Assembly: GCA_032718475.1 (NCBI GenBank)
Contig: JAUCBJ010000894.1
Coordinates: forward strand, 1-57,757
Length of the DNA stretch: 57,757 bases
DNA from: Nemertoderma westbladi
Taxonomy: Eukaryota; Animalia; Xenacoelomorpha
Reading direction: 5' to 3'
Both the position numbers and the translations under genes were made by a program. Each line of letters opens with the position of its first letter. The stretch's first letter is position 1. Of this stretch, positions 25,285 to 36,154 are shown piece by piece. The notes under the pieces are model-generated. The model did no database searches, was not told the origin of the DNA, and worked only from the letters and a program-made list of their open reading frames with translations.

Positions 25285-25980
25285 TCACTTCCCGGAACCG
25301 GCGACGACGTTCCCTGGGCACCGACTATCTCCCGACTGGTGCTCCTCCCTCGGCCTCGTCCCATTTGCCGTGTCCCGATGCCGTGGCCGTGGCCGTGTTA
25401 TGGCGCGAATCTCGTCTGGATACTCAGGCGTGAGTTTCCTCTCCTGGTGAAGCGAAGTGAACGTGGTCCAGGAACTCGAGTCCCGTGCCGCTTCGCGCCG
25501 CGCCTCTAGGTCTTTATAGGCTCGGTATAGCGAAATGGCCGCTGCCGTGTCTATCAAACTGGGTGTCGAACAGGGTTTAATCTCCGTATACGGATCTAAT
25601 GTCGTAACGGTCGGCGTAATGGGTCTCGGAGGTCGCTTTCCGCTGAAGTCGATACTGATCATCGGGTCGCTCATCGGGTAACCTCCCTCGTTATATCTAA
25701 GGAACTGGTGAGCTTGACAACGCGTTAATATCGGTTATGGATGTTGCTCGTCTAGTCGGTCGGGAATCGTGGGTTTGTATTTCCCATTTAGCTCCATCAC
25801 CGACCGCCCATGGTAGTAAACGTTCGAATCTTTACATCCCGGTCGCGCGAATGGTAACTCCGCCTCCTCTCCGGCAGTAAATCCTCTGCGCGGTTGCGCT
25901 CTAATATCCTTCTCCATTATGCCCCGCGTATATACATATATAACCCAATAAGTGTTCCGTTACGCAAACCAATTACACTG
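25285..25980 (-). pseudogene. Degenerate extra ORF of unknown function downstream of BEL pol
   Basis: ORFs 25735-25917 and 25285-25674 share one frame and are separated by a single TAA plus 20 sense codons. A further in-frame TAA lies at 25960-25962. The region is GC-rich relative to its flanks. Confidence 0.5.
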
Positions 25981-26787
25981 TGGGTAATCAGTTAGATGTC
26001 GCCGAAGGACAGACCTCCCGAACCCCCCCCCGCTGCCTTCCAGCAGTTCAGGTTCGACTCTCTAGATCCCGTCTCTTCCTAACTAACTATCCTCTAACCT
26101 ATTCCCATGCATAGCGCAAAAACTTTGGAGATAAACTGGCCGTGACCAACTCACTTTTTGATGCCCAAACTACTCCCATTACTCGTACTAAACTACAGTA
26201 GTTAGAAAGGACTATAGCCACAATACTCGACTATACCAAACCCACAGGTTTGATAATCGAACATCACACATCACTGCAAACTACTGAGTGGGGTCCATGT
26301 ACGCCTCTGGTGCTACTAACCTTTAGCACCTTAGTTGCACTGTTGGCACCAATCTGTGGAAGTTGCTAAACTCAATTTACACTCCTACGTAATATAGCCG
26401 TCACCATGGTTTCTAAATGCTATTTTCCAGGCTTCACGACTTTTCAAATTACTGTATATCTATAGACGAATTCTAAAACGCGTCTATACACAGCGTCTGG
26501 AATTGTCTTGGGTTCACTTTTCTAATTTTAAAATTTTTTAATTTTCCAAAATATTTTTGAAATAAAATTTTGTTTTGATACCCACCAGACAAAACTCGAC
26601 GCAAATCACCACAACCCCGCTCCTATGCATTTCCTTGTATTTGCATACGAGGAATGCATATGAAGTGAGTTGCGACCAACACTAATTCTGTTTTGAGGCA
26701 GGAGACAAACTATAATCTCCCGTCTCGATACGTGTCTCCTCTAATAACACGATATCTTGGACCGGTCGGTCCAATTTGTGTAAACCA

Positions 26788-29700
26788 TTAGTTCTTCTTT
26801 GGGTGCGGACACTTGCACCTAATTTTCACAGTGACTGTGCGCACTATGTTTTGCACGTCTGGGTGTATGTGCAAGATAACTCCCGTCTCCCAATACTTTC
26901 TCTTGACAATCGGTTCGGTTATCAATACGTAATCTCCCCTTTGGAGACTCCGAACCGTTTTGTACCACTTTGTTCTGGTGGATATGGTGGGAAGATAGTA
27001 TTCCCGCCAATATTCCCAGAATGTGTACGCTACTAATTGAGTCACTTTCCAGCTTTTACGACTATATAGGTCGGCACTAACGGGTTCTGATGCCGACACA
27101 AGAAATGCTGGACTCTGCATTAGCAAATGATTCGGCGTTAATGCAACACCGTCTGGCAACATAGCTATCGGCCTCGAGTTTAGGGTATGCTCGATTTCAA
27201 TGAAAGCTGTGACCAGTTCGTCGTCGGTAAGTTGTTTGTTCACAGGCAACGTTTTAGCAATGGCCTGCTTTACAGAGCGAACTAAACGCTCCCAACTTCC
27301 TCCTCTCCAAGGACTTTCTGGAGTATTAAATCTCCATTCTACTCGTTGCGGCAAAAGTGCTGCAGAAATTTCTTTATTCTGTGCCGCTTTATGAGCCGCG
27401 TTCAACTCGCTATTCCCCCCGACAAAGTTTGTACCCTTATCGGAGTAGAACGCCTTTACTAGTCCTCTCCTGGCCATAAATCTCTTCAAGGCCAGGAGCA
27501 GAGATTTGGTCGACATGTCTGCCACACGCTCGATGTGTATGGCTCTACTAGCCATGCATGTCAGTAGCAGACCCCATCGCTTGTGGGTCAGCCGTCCACT
27601 CTTTGCTTCAATCGGACCAAAACCCACCCCTGTGTTCGTAAAGGGTGGGTCATATGCCTGCACTCTCGCTTCCGGGAGTTCAGCCATCTCCTGTTCCAAT
27701 ACTCTGGCGTTCACCCTTTTGCAAACCAGACAGGCGTCGTACATAGTGCCTACTGCCCTGCTTGGCTGCAATAGAATGAATCGCTGTCTCGCTGCCGACA
27801 GACAGTGTAACTTTCCCGCGTGATGCAACCTCTTGTGTATATCCCATAGAATTGCTCTTTGCAATTCTATTGGGTGACTAGGGATTATCACTGGGAACCG
27901 AAACTGTGAGTTTATGTCGACAGTCTGGATTCTCGATCTATGACAAATTAAACCCTTATGGATTAATGGACTCCATTTTCTAAGGGGTTTATAGAGAACT
28001 GGTCGTTGAGCCGATAATAGATGGAATTCTTTGGGGAAGGCACACATTTGATAATGTTTCAAATGCTTTAATTCCGCTTGATCAATCTCATCCTCTGTCA
28101 GAGGTTGTTTCAATTTCCGAATTCGCTCACTATTGGTGCTCAATTGTTCTCTCAAATGTTTCGAATGTTTTAAACAAAGGTACAAAATGTATCGGCTTAA
28201 CCACGCAGTTCTTTTACAAATTGTCAGCCAAGAGGCAGACGAATTTAGTAATTTGTCATAAACACTACATGGCTCTAATGCCAGCGACGGTTGTCCGCTA
28301 ACCAATGGAAGTTTCGAATCCAAACCCGCAGGTTTGGAAACCAAAGGCTCCATTGTGTCGGTCATTTTCTGTCCGTCACTTACCAACTGTGACTCTGGTT
28401 TAGTCTGTAAGGGTGGTTTTACGTCATAACTTACCCTTCCGGACCTAGTAGTCACGTAAGTCTGTTGGTCTGACAGGTCTCCAGGCCGCTCCAATGACTT
28501 TTCAGGCCGCTCCAATGACTCTTCAGGCCGCTCCAATGACTTAAGTTTGGCTTTAGACTTCGACTCAGAGACTTTCTCCACTTTGACTTCTGCATCTTCA
28601 GGCATCGGATTGGTCACTATCTTTAGTCGCTCTGGCCAATGTTCCTGTGTCCTCGTTAGAAAATCAGGTCCATGCAACCAAAACTCCTGCGACTCTTCCT
28701 GACAGAATTCTGCCGGCATTGCACCTCTCGAAGTTATGTCGGCCGGGTTCAACACTCCCGGACAATGTCTCCATTGTTCCTTCGTCGAAAAATCAACAAT
28801 CTGAGCGCGTCTATTGGCCACAAATGTCTTTAGTGCAATATTGTCGGCCGCAATGTATACTAACACTAAGGATGCGTCCGTCCAATAAAATAAGGTCAAT
28901 GTCGTGTCTAACTCCTCTGTTATCTGCTTACTTACCTCGACCGAAACTACAGCCGCCTGTAACTCTGCACGAGGGACAGTCATGTATTTGACCGGCATTG
29001 TCTTTGATCTAGAAGTCACAAAGGCCGTCTCAAACTTGTCCTGACTTACCTCTCGGCGAAGGTAGGCTACCATACCAAAGCCGGTGTCACTTGCGTCACT
29101 GAACAAATGCAGTTCGAGATCAGCTGGAAATACCAGCTGATTCGGAAAGTAGGAACGGGGTACGTCTATGTTTTTCAATAGATGTAACTCGGCTTCCCAC
29201 TCCCTCCACTGCTTTGCATGTATAGGAGATATTGGTTCGTCCCACTCTAAGTCGGACAACCAAATTTTCCTCATGCACGCTCGTGCCTGTAATATAACCG
29301 GACTGATAAAGTTCATCGGGTCAAATAGTCTACTTAATGTCGATAAGCAAATTCTCTTTGTCAAAACTTTGTCTGGGCTACTGGGCTCAAATCTAACTCT
29401 TACCTGGAACTTGTCTGAGTTCGGGTTCCAAGCAAGTCCCAGTACTCGCGCCATGGGGATTGGTTCTACCCCCAATTCTATGTCTCCGCTCCCGCGATCT
29501 TTTACCGGGAACGATTCTAATAGGGCCTCCGAATTAGTAGTGAACTTGGTCAGAGGAAATCCCCCTGTAGCCAAGCACTCCTGTAGGCCGTGAGCCACTT
29601 CTATGGCTTGTTCCGCCGTGTCCTTGGACACCAATCCGTCGTCCATATAGAAGTTTCTCAAGATGGACTCGATTACTTCTACTGGGTGCTTACCAATCTG

Positions 29701-32031
29701 GGCTGTTGCCGTTTTCTTTAAAACGAACAGCGTGCCATTCGGACTATCGCGGGCGCCAAATATCCTAACGTACATTTGGTATGTAACCACTGGGCCGGAT
29801 AAGTCTTCATTCTCAAACCAGAGAAATCGAAGGCTATCCTGGTCTGCCTTACAGGCTCTTACCTGGTGGAACATCGCCTCGATGTCACAAGTAAATGCGA
29901 ATCGCCGCTGTCTAAAACGCAACAGTATTCCTATCAAATAATTGCTCAGGTTGGGACCATCCATCAACTCTGAATTTAGGGACATACCTCTATAGACTGC
30001 TGCGCAGTCGTTGACTACTCGGACTTTGTCTGGCTTGTCAGGGTGAGTCACATAGTGGTGTGGAAGGTAATAAGTCTGGTCTGTCACTAAGTCAGGGTCC
30101 TCTACCTTCCCAGCAAATCCCTTGGCGAAATAGTTGTTGATCTGGGCGCAATACTTCTCCCTAATGTCTGGATTCTTCAACAACCGAGCCCTTACTCCGT
30201 TCAATCTTTTCAAGGCTAAGTTGTAGTTGTTCTCCAACTTAGGTGGTTGTCGACGCCACAACATTCCAACTTCAAAATGTCCAGTCGGTAGCAGACGTAT
30301 GGTGTCTTCCATCATCTCCAGCGACCGTTTCTCATCAGTAGACATGGCTAGGTCATATCCACCGGGTTCCATTGCGTCCCTATCCAGCCATTCGACGGTT
30401 CTGGCTCCTGTCTCGAGGTCCTGGCGTATCAATTCCTTCTGTAATTCCTCCTCACTGTATTGGAAAATGTCTAGGTCTCGATATTTAGCCACTTGACCCT
30501 CCACTATGTCTGTATAAGTCAAAACGTTAGTCAGATAAGTAGCGTGGGCCGCTGAACCAGACCCACGGGTCTGATAACAGTAGTCCTCGGGTTCACCATC
30601 TGTCCGGTCGTTATGAAGTGGTTCCGACAACCTAACATTATCGGGAATCAACTCCTCGTCCGACTCGCTAAAGTCACTATAGTGGTCAATACAGGTTCTC
30701 CTAAACTCGTCTATGTCTGGTGGTTCTACTAACGGTGGTTGAGTTATAGGCTGTAATTCGTCGTATCTGTTTATTGGCTTGTCGCCACCTGTAAACTCAT
30801 AAGACATGGGTACTCTTGTATACCAACCTAGTATGGTCCTATGGGCATGTGGTCCGTTGACATGCGGCTCAGCTGGTCTCGTTTCCCATATTTGGTGTGC
30901 GATCAGCTGTTCTGCACCAATCAACATAGAAACATTCCTATAACCTACCTGGTGTCTTGGTACTCTGAGTTTGTCAAAATACTCCTGTGCTATGGGACTC
31001 ATCGGCGGCACCTTACCTAACTGCCTGCCGAATCCCTTCATAGCTAGACACTTAAATCCGTCCAATGGCAAAGCTTTCCGTTCTTGTCGAGTATGTTGGT
31101 CTCTCGGAAGTAGGGAATCTAGTTCTACCGAAATTCTGTGTCCCTTGAGGTCTTCTACCCCATGCATAGACTTCAACTCTATTTGGATCTCCTCAGCGTT
31201 CTGGAAGCTAGAAACGGCTCTCGCCACTTCCTCGTCGATATAAGATAATGTGGACGCAGTGTCCAACATCACATATATTCGTTTCGATCCCTTATCTCCA
31301 GTGAGTTTCACCGGAATCACGCTAAATATTTCCGACGTGGCCAATGATAAATACGTCCGCGCGCTGGTCGATGAACTATCCGCGGTGAAACCTTGGCAGG
31401 TCACTTCTCTCGCGCTCGACTCGCCATCCTCGTCCGACGAACCTGGTTGGTAACCATCGTCCTGGATGCCAGTATACGTATTCCTCCTTATCGATACGGG
31501 TTCTTTGCTCCCCTTCCTGTGAGGATTTCGCTGTAAGTAACGGTCCGTTGGGGTGTGGAAATCCGCATGTAGCAACTTGTGATGTAGTCTGCCGCATTCC
31601 ATGCATCCGTCCTTGCTGTTCGGGCACTGCCGCCGTACATGACCTGGCGCAAGACATGCCCAACAGGTGTCCAACGTCCGCACTTGAACTCTTCTCTGTT
31701 CCGAATTTAATTCTTTGAACCGTCTGCAACTATCTAACTTATGGTCGTCAGATCTTACCTCCTTTAGTAAACAGTATTGGCAACCTACAAATCCATCCGG
31801 CAACTCCTGTTGCTTTAACCTAGGTCTATCTAACCGCTCACCTGACCATACTCGCGAGTCTGATCTAAAGGCTGGGGTATTCGAATTATATCTGTCTACT
31901 GAGTTAAATGTCACAGTGGTCCTGTCATCGTCAAAACTTACCATAGACTTACCGGTAACAGGTTTAGACTCTCTCATATTCTCTTCTGAGAAGTTTGATT
32001 TCATCTCTGCTACTGCGTCTGTGGCTATCAT
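26788..32031 (-). CDS. pol: BEL/Pao polyprotein: gag Zn knuckles, aspartic protease, RT, RNase H, integrase (damaged)
   Basis: CWACLAPGH..C and CMECGRLHHKLLH; MLDTAS; YYLPHH..KVRVV; DIEAMFHQV; FYMDD; LHLFSDAS; VPRAEL; NPAD..SRG; SDKGTNF; GGSWERLV; LNSRP. Confidence 0.95.
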   Translation of the reverse strand: MIATDAVAEMKSNFSEENMRESKPVTGKSMVSFDDDRTTVTFNSVDRYNSNTPAFRSDSRVWSGERLDRPRLKQQELPDGFVGCQYCLLKEVRSDDHKLDSCRRFKELNSEQRRVQVRTLDTCWACLAPGHVRRQCPNSKDGCMECGRLHHKLLHADFHTPTDRYLQRNPHRKGSKEPVSIRRNTYTGIQDDGYQPGSSDEDGESSAREVTCQGFTADSSSTSARTYLSLATSEIFSVIPVKLTGDKGSKRIYVMLDTASTLSYIDEEVARAVSSFQNAEEIQIELKSMHGVEDLKGHRISVELDSLLPRDQHTRQERKALPLDGFKCLAMKGFGRQLGKVPPMSPIAQEYFDKLRVPRHQVGYRNVSMLIGAEQLIAHQIWETRPAEPHVNGPHAHRTILGWYTRVPMSYEFTGGDKPINRYDELQPITQPPLVEPPDIDEFRRTCIDHYSDFSESDEELIPDNVRLSEPLHNDRTDGEPEDYCYQTRGSGSAAHATYLTNVLTYTDIVEGQVAKYRDLDIFQYSEEELQKELIRQDLETGARTVEWLDRDAMEPGGYDLAMSTDEKRSLEMMEDTIRLLPTGHFEVGMLWRRQPPKLENNYNLALKRLNGVRARLLKNPDIREKYCAQINNYFAKGFAGKVEDPDLVTDQTYYLPHHYVTHPDKPDKVRVVNDCAAVYRGMSLNSELMDGPNLSNYLIGILLRFRQRRFAFTCDIEAMFHQVRACKADQDSLRFLWFENEDLSGPVVTYQMYVRIFGARDSPNGTLFVLKKTATAQIGKHPVEVIESILRNFYMDDGLVSKDTAEQAIEVAHGLQECLATGGFPLTKFTTNSEALLESFPVKDRGSGDIELGVEPIPMARVLGLAWNPNSDKFQVRVRFEPSSPDKVLTKRICLSTLSRLFDPMNFISPVILQARACMRKIWLSDLEWDEPISPIHAKQWREWEAELHLLKNIDVPRSYFPNQLVFPADLELHLFSDASDTGFGMVAYLRREVSQDKFETAFVTSRSKTMPVKYMTVPRAELQAAVVSVEVSKQITEELDTTLTLFYWTDASLVLVYIAADNIALKTFVANRRAQIVDFSTKEQWRHCPGVLNPADITSRGAMPAEFCQEESQEFWLHGPDFLTRTQEHWPERLKIVTNPMPEDAEVKVEKVSESKSKAKLKSLERPEESLERPEKSLERPGDLSDQQTYVTTRSGRVSYDVKPPLQTKPESQLVSDGQKMTDTMEPLVSKPAGLDSKLPLVSGQPSLALEPCSVYDKLLNSSASWLTICKRTAWLSRYILYLCLKHSKHLREQLSTNSERIRKLKQPLTEDEIDQAELKHLKHYQMCAFPKEFHLLSAQRPVLYKPLRKWSPLIHKGLICHRSRIQTVDINSQFRFPVIIPSHPIELQRAILWDIHKRLHHAGKLHCLSAARQRFILLQPSRAVGTMYDACLVCKRVNARVLEQEMAELPEARVQAYDPPFTNTGVGFGPIEAKSGRLTHKRWGLLLTCMASRAIHIERVADMSTKSLLLALKRFMARRGLVKAFYSDKGTNFVGGNSELNAAHKAAQNKEISAALLPQRVEWRFNTPESPWRGGSWERLVRSVKQAIAKTLPVNKQLTDDELVTAFIEIEHTLNSRPIAMLPDGVALTPNHLLMQSPAFLVSASEPVSADLYSRKSWKVTQLVAYTFWEYWREYYLPTISTRTKWYKTVRSLQRGDYVLITEPIVKRKYWETGVILHIHPDVQNIVRTVTVKIRCKCPHPKKN

Positions 32032-35000
32032 GTCATGAATATGCTAAGTGTCAATACTTTACCTTGGCCCTCCAACTTATTCTCTAATTTGCGCCATTTC
32101 TGTCGGTAACGCATGTTTAGACGTCTTATTACGCTCTTTAAAACTTCGGCGTGATCACCATGATGAGGTAGATTCACCGTCCTCAAGATGTCCAATGCGT
32201 TCGAAATAGCGTTCGCTAAGTTCAACAGCTCTAACGGAGTTGTAATCCTTCCGCCCTTACCCAAGTCTTCTACTATCGACTGCGCCATCTTGGTTTTATT
32301 CCCGTAGATGTCACTAAGCGTCTTCATCGCTAACTCGAATGCTCTTTCATTGCCGACGAAGTTATCAGCAATGGCTCTAGGTTCTCGATGGAGCATCTGA
32401 AGCAAATAGTTGAACTTCTCGTTGGGAGTAAAGGTGCTGTTGGTTAGCTGCTCGTCGACATAGGTTTTGAAGGTCCTCCAATGTTTATGGTTGCCCATAA
32501 ACTTCTGGGGTTGTTGCGTCGGCAGTCCTTGCCTAGCAGCAAACTTACCTATGTCCCTAAGGGTTACGTCGTTCCGGGTTAACAAATGGTTTAGTTCCGC
32601 AGGGTTGTTAAGTCTGTTCCTTTCCCGGTGGTTCAAACTTACCTGCTCCGCGTCCGTCTTTCTTTCCTTATAGTTTCGGGACTTCTGACGTCTCATGTCT
32701 TCCTCTTCATCGCTTGACTCAGTGTCAGTCCTTAGCGCTCGCGATGGTTTGCGCGCCGAGGCCCTGATCCAAGCCTCCTCAATAAATTTCTCGGCCGAAT
32801 TTTCGAAATTGGGATTATGGATATTCGGGACAGGCGTCCTTACCTGAGGTCTATGCGGTATAGTCTCCTCTGATATGCGTACTCGTTGACTAGGCTGGAC
32901 TTTATCTAACTCAGGCCTGCTAGGATTAGAATTACTTCTTACCTGGGCTGCTTCCTTTAACCGTAGGTTGCTAAGCATGTCCGTTATAGGTTGGATGTGC
33001 GGCGATATAGCTTGCGCTAAACTAGCACTTAACTCATCCCTCGTAATAAATTCCTGGCTAGGGTTCTGTTGTATAGTCGGCTCTATCTGAGTAATTCGCT
33101 GTCTCTCATATGATCCCTCTTCCGGTTTAACCCGGAAGTTCTCCGTCGAACTGGGTCGGCGCTCCGTCCGCGTATTCCAAACCCGCGGGTTCGGTTCGCC
33201 AAATACTCGGCCCGTCGGAGTTTCTCTAAACTCTTCGTTCTCGCGTTCGGTGTATAGTGGTGCGGTGTTCCGATGACGTGGATCCTGAGCGATGGGTGAA
33301 GCACCAATACCAACCGGCGTGCGATATGTAGAGAACGGTTTAGCGATCCGTGTACTCGTAATAGCTGGACCGGGTATAGGAATTCTGGTCGTCGTCGACT
33401 CGCGTATGGTCGGAGTTCTCGCTTCCTGTTCGGCCTTCTGCAGTGCGAACAGTTCTCGCAACTCTGTCCCTACACTCGCCCCACATTCTTCGATCATTCG
33501 CATCCCCTTCTCGGCGATTTCGTTCGCCTTCCTAGTCCGTTCTTCGCTCTCTAAACTTAATCTCGCACTTTCCAACTGCGCCAGTTTACGTTCTTCTTCT
33601 TCCCTCGCTCGTCTCGCTGCGCCCTCTTCTTCCACACACGCCTTCTCTTCATACAACGCCCGTCGCTCCCTCTCGCGCTCAAGTTCGCGCTCCTTGCGCT
33701 CGCGTTCGAGTTGGAGTTCGCGTCTTCTTTGCTCGCATTCCTTAGCTTCCCGTTCGCGTTCGCGTTGAAGTTGAAGTTCGCGTTCTTCGCGTTCGCGTTG
33801 GAGTTGGAGTTCGCGTTCTTCCTGTTCGCGTTGAAGTTGAAGTTCGCATTCTTCGCGTTCGCGTTGGAGTTGGAGTTCGCGTTCTTCCTGTTCGCGTTCC
33901 GCTTGCTCACGCTTACCTTTTTCTTCCAACTCTCGCAACTTTGCGTCTAACTTACGTGTGCGCCCCCGTTCCCGCTCGGCTTCCTTCCGTGCTTCCTGTG
34001 CACGCAAAACTTCCGCCTGCTGTTCGTCTAGTCGGCGTCTTCTCTCCTCCGCCGAGTTGTGAGAAACAAGGGATCTAGCACATATAACCTTCCCTCGCGC
34101 GTGACTAACCTGGGAATCGCCGCTGTCTCTGGATGCATCGTCGGGTGGAGTCAACGTCCTCTGTTGGATGTTCTCCGTCGTCGGTAGCACCTGGCCCGGC
34201 ACCACCACTCCATTCTGCATCAGCCAGCTAGTAACTTCCCTTTGATACCGGCGCTCTTCTTTATCTTGGATCTCTTCTCGCTCCACTAACTCTCTCAACT
34301 CTGCGTCACTCACTTGAGTCGCCTGCGCTTGTGATGCCCATAGCAGCCAGTTCTCCGTCCTAACTCGTCGGAATCGCTCCGATAACTCGCGGTGCTCCAA
34401 CAAGGCTGCTAAAACCCTGTCGTAAATCCTCGTCGCCACGTCGCTCGACTGAGACTCTACTGCCTTCTTCGCTAGGACTGCAAGCTCCTCCGTCTGCTTG
34501 AATAACGCTGAGTTATATCCTCTTCTAATCTCTACTAACTCTACCCTCCCGATGTTGGCTGAATCAGCTAACATCTTCCTTACCTTGTCCGTCGTCCGAG
34601 TTATATGTCCGGCATGCGCGCGAAGTTTCTTCTTTATCGCGATATCAAGTTCTCTCTCGCTTACCTGACTCACACTCGGTGGACTTGAAGGATTATTTCG
34701 GGAACTACGGGTACTCCTTACAGCCGTCGGGACCACGGCACTTACCATACCCACAGGTCTGGAAACCGGGCTCCGGGCTCTCGCTTCTGCTACACTATCC
34801 TCCCTATCACTCACCTCTGTCCGGGCTGCTGTGCAGTCCTTCCTTACAGTAGCGGTAGGGGATCCTAATACTATTACTTGAGGTTGTTGTTCTTCCTCAC
34901 TAGTCACTGTCTCGTCCTCCTGTTCACTTACGTCAGCGTCGCTCGCTGCGTCGTCATAGTCGGCATTGTCATCAACAGTAATATTTACGCTATCGTCAGT

Positions 35001-35060
35001 CGGCGGTCCGGCCGCCGTCTCGTAGCTGTCCTCTAGTGCCTCCTTGTCTGAGACACTCAT
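32028..35060 (-). CDS. gag: BEL/Pao gag N-terminal part (coiled coil with ELQLQRERE repeats, DUF1759-like core)
   Basis: FMGNHKHWRTFK...EKFNYLLQML...AMKTLSDIYGN gag core. Overlaps the pol ORF by ATGA. Confidence 0.88.
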   Translation of the reverse strand: MSVSDKEALEDSYETAAGPPTDDSVNITVDDNADYDDAASDADVSEQEDETVTSEEEQQPQVIVLGSPTATVRKDCTAARTEVSDREDSVAEARARSPVSRPVGMVSAVVPTAVRSTRSSRNNPSSPPSVSQVSERELDIAIKKKLRAHAGHITRTTDKVRKMLADSANIGRVELVEIRRGYNSALFKQTEELAVLAKKAVESQSSDVATRIYDRVLAALLEHRELSERFRRVRTENWLLWASQAQATQVSDAELRELVEREEIQDKEERRYQREVTSWLMQNGVVVPGQVLPTTENIQQRTLTPPDDASRDSGDSQVSHARGKVICARSLVSHNSAEERRRRLDEQQAEVLRAQEARKEAERERGRTRKLDAKLRELEEKGKREQAEREQEERELQLQREREECELQLQREQEERELQLQREREERELQLQREREREAKECEQRRRELQLERERKERELERERERRALYEEKACVEEEGAARRAREEEERKLAQLESARLSLESEERTRKANEIAEKGMRMIEECGASVGTELRELFALQKAEQEARTPTIRESTTTRIPIPGPAITSTRIAKPFSTYRTPVGIGASPIAQDPRHRNTAPLYTERENEEFRETPTGRVFGEPNPRVWNTRTERRPSSTENFRVKPEEGSYERQRITQIEPTIQQNPSQEFITRDELSASLAQAISPHIQPITDMLSNLRLKEAAQVRSNSNPSRPELDKVQPSQRVRISEETIPHRPQVRTPVPNIHNPNFENSAEKFIEEAWIRASARKPSRALRTDTESSDEEEDMRRQKSRNYKERKTDAEQVSLNHRERNRLNNPAELNHLLTRNDVTLRDIGKFAARQGLPTQQPQKFMGNHKHWRTFKTYVDEQLTNSTFTPNEKFNYLLQMLHREPRAIADNFVGNERAFELAMKTLSDIYGNKTKMAQSIVEDLGKGGRITTPLELLNLANAISNALDILRTVNLPHHGDHAEVLKSVIRRLNMRYRQKWRKLENKLEGQGKVLTLSIFMT

Positions 35061-36154
35061 AGTCTAAATAATGTTTTGCCTTCCGGCAAAAATATCTCGC
35101 AAAGGTTCGAGATATAATTATAATTTAACCGAAATACGGTCAAATTATTTGTCTATCAGTTGGTCCAAAATGTCAAAATAAATTCGCAATGCAATATTGT
35201 GAATTTAATGGGGTATATAGTTATAGCAAATACTAGCACAATATTTAAACAAAAATATTATTATATAGCTATTATATAGCATTAAATACCGGTATAGCAC
35301 AAAATAACCTTGAATCTAATACAAAATATTCAAAATATACTTGCCACCCGAATATTTCTAATTTTATATATAGCTCTAATCAACATAATTTTAGTTTCAA
35401 ATATTATATGTATCCACTAGCGCGTGGCTACATCTTCGGGTTGCGACTCTCTCTAACTCTCTCTCTAACTTGAGCGATTCAAAAAACCATGGCCGGCTAA
35501 ACCTAAATATCCTAACTAATAAATTGAGTTCAGCTTCGCAGTTAAACAACCGATAATTTTTTTACTGCTTCCACAAACACACTGGTGCCAACAGAACAAC
35601 TAACCTTGTTTGCTGTGAGATTCCACGTCCGCGTCCAAAGATTCAGGCCCTTCGCTGATTGCAAACCGAACCCGCAGACCCACACGAACCCCAAACTCAG
35701 AAGTTCCGTCTTGCCATGTATCTCCAGATGGTATAAAATAACTAAGCGGTTACCTAACATACCGGTACAAAACTCTAGAATTTTACAAAATAATTTTGAC
35801 CGAAACTGAATTCTCGCAAACCTAGCTAAAAATTTCAAAAAACTTACTAATTACAATTTGCCCTAAGGCCTAAGGAACTGCTGTATTCGCAATTAGCAAA
35901 ACGCACTACCGTACATCCACTGTATGCAGTACAGTAAGTAAAACAGTACACCAACCTAACAGCCTAATGATACTGTATGTGGTACGGCAAAACAAATGTC
36001 CCTTCTACCGTAAGCAGTAACAACAATCAGCCTAATGTACTACTGTACTATTGTACGCGACCAGTGAATACAGTAATCTAAACTAACAGCCTAAAAGAAT
36101 ATACTCAATGTTCTACTGTACGCTACACCCTACAGCAAACAAAACATACCTCAC

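Noticed and set aside
26776-33950. Numerous plus-strand ORFs within the BEL element
   Set aside because: Antisense shadows of gag-pol with no recognisable motifs.
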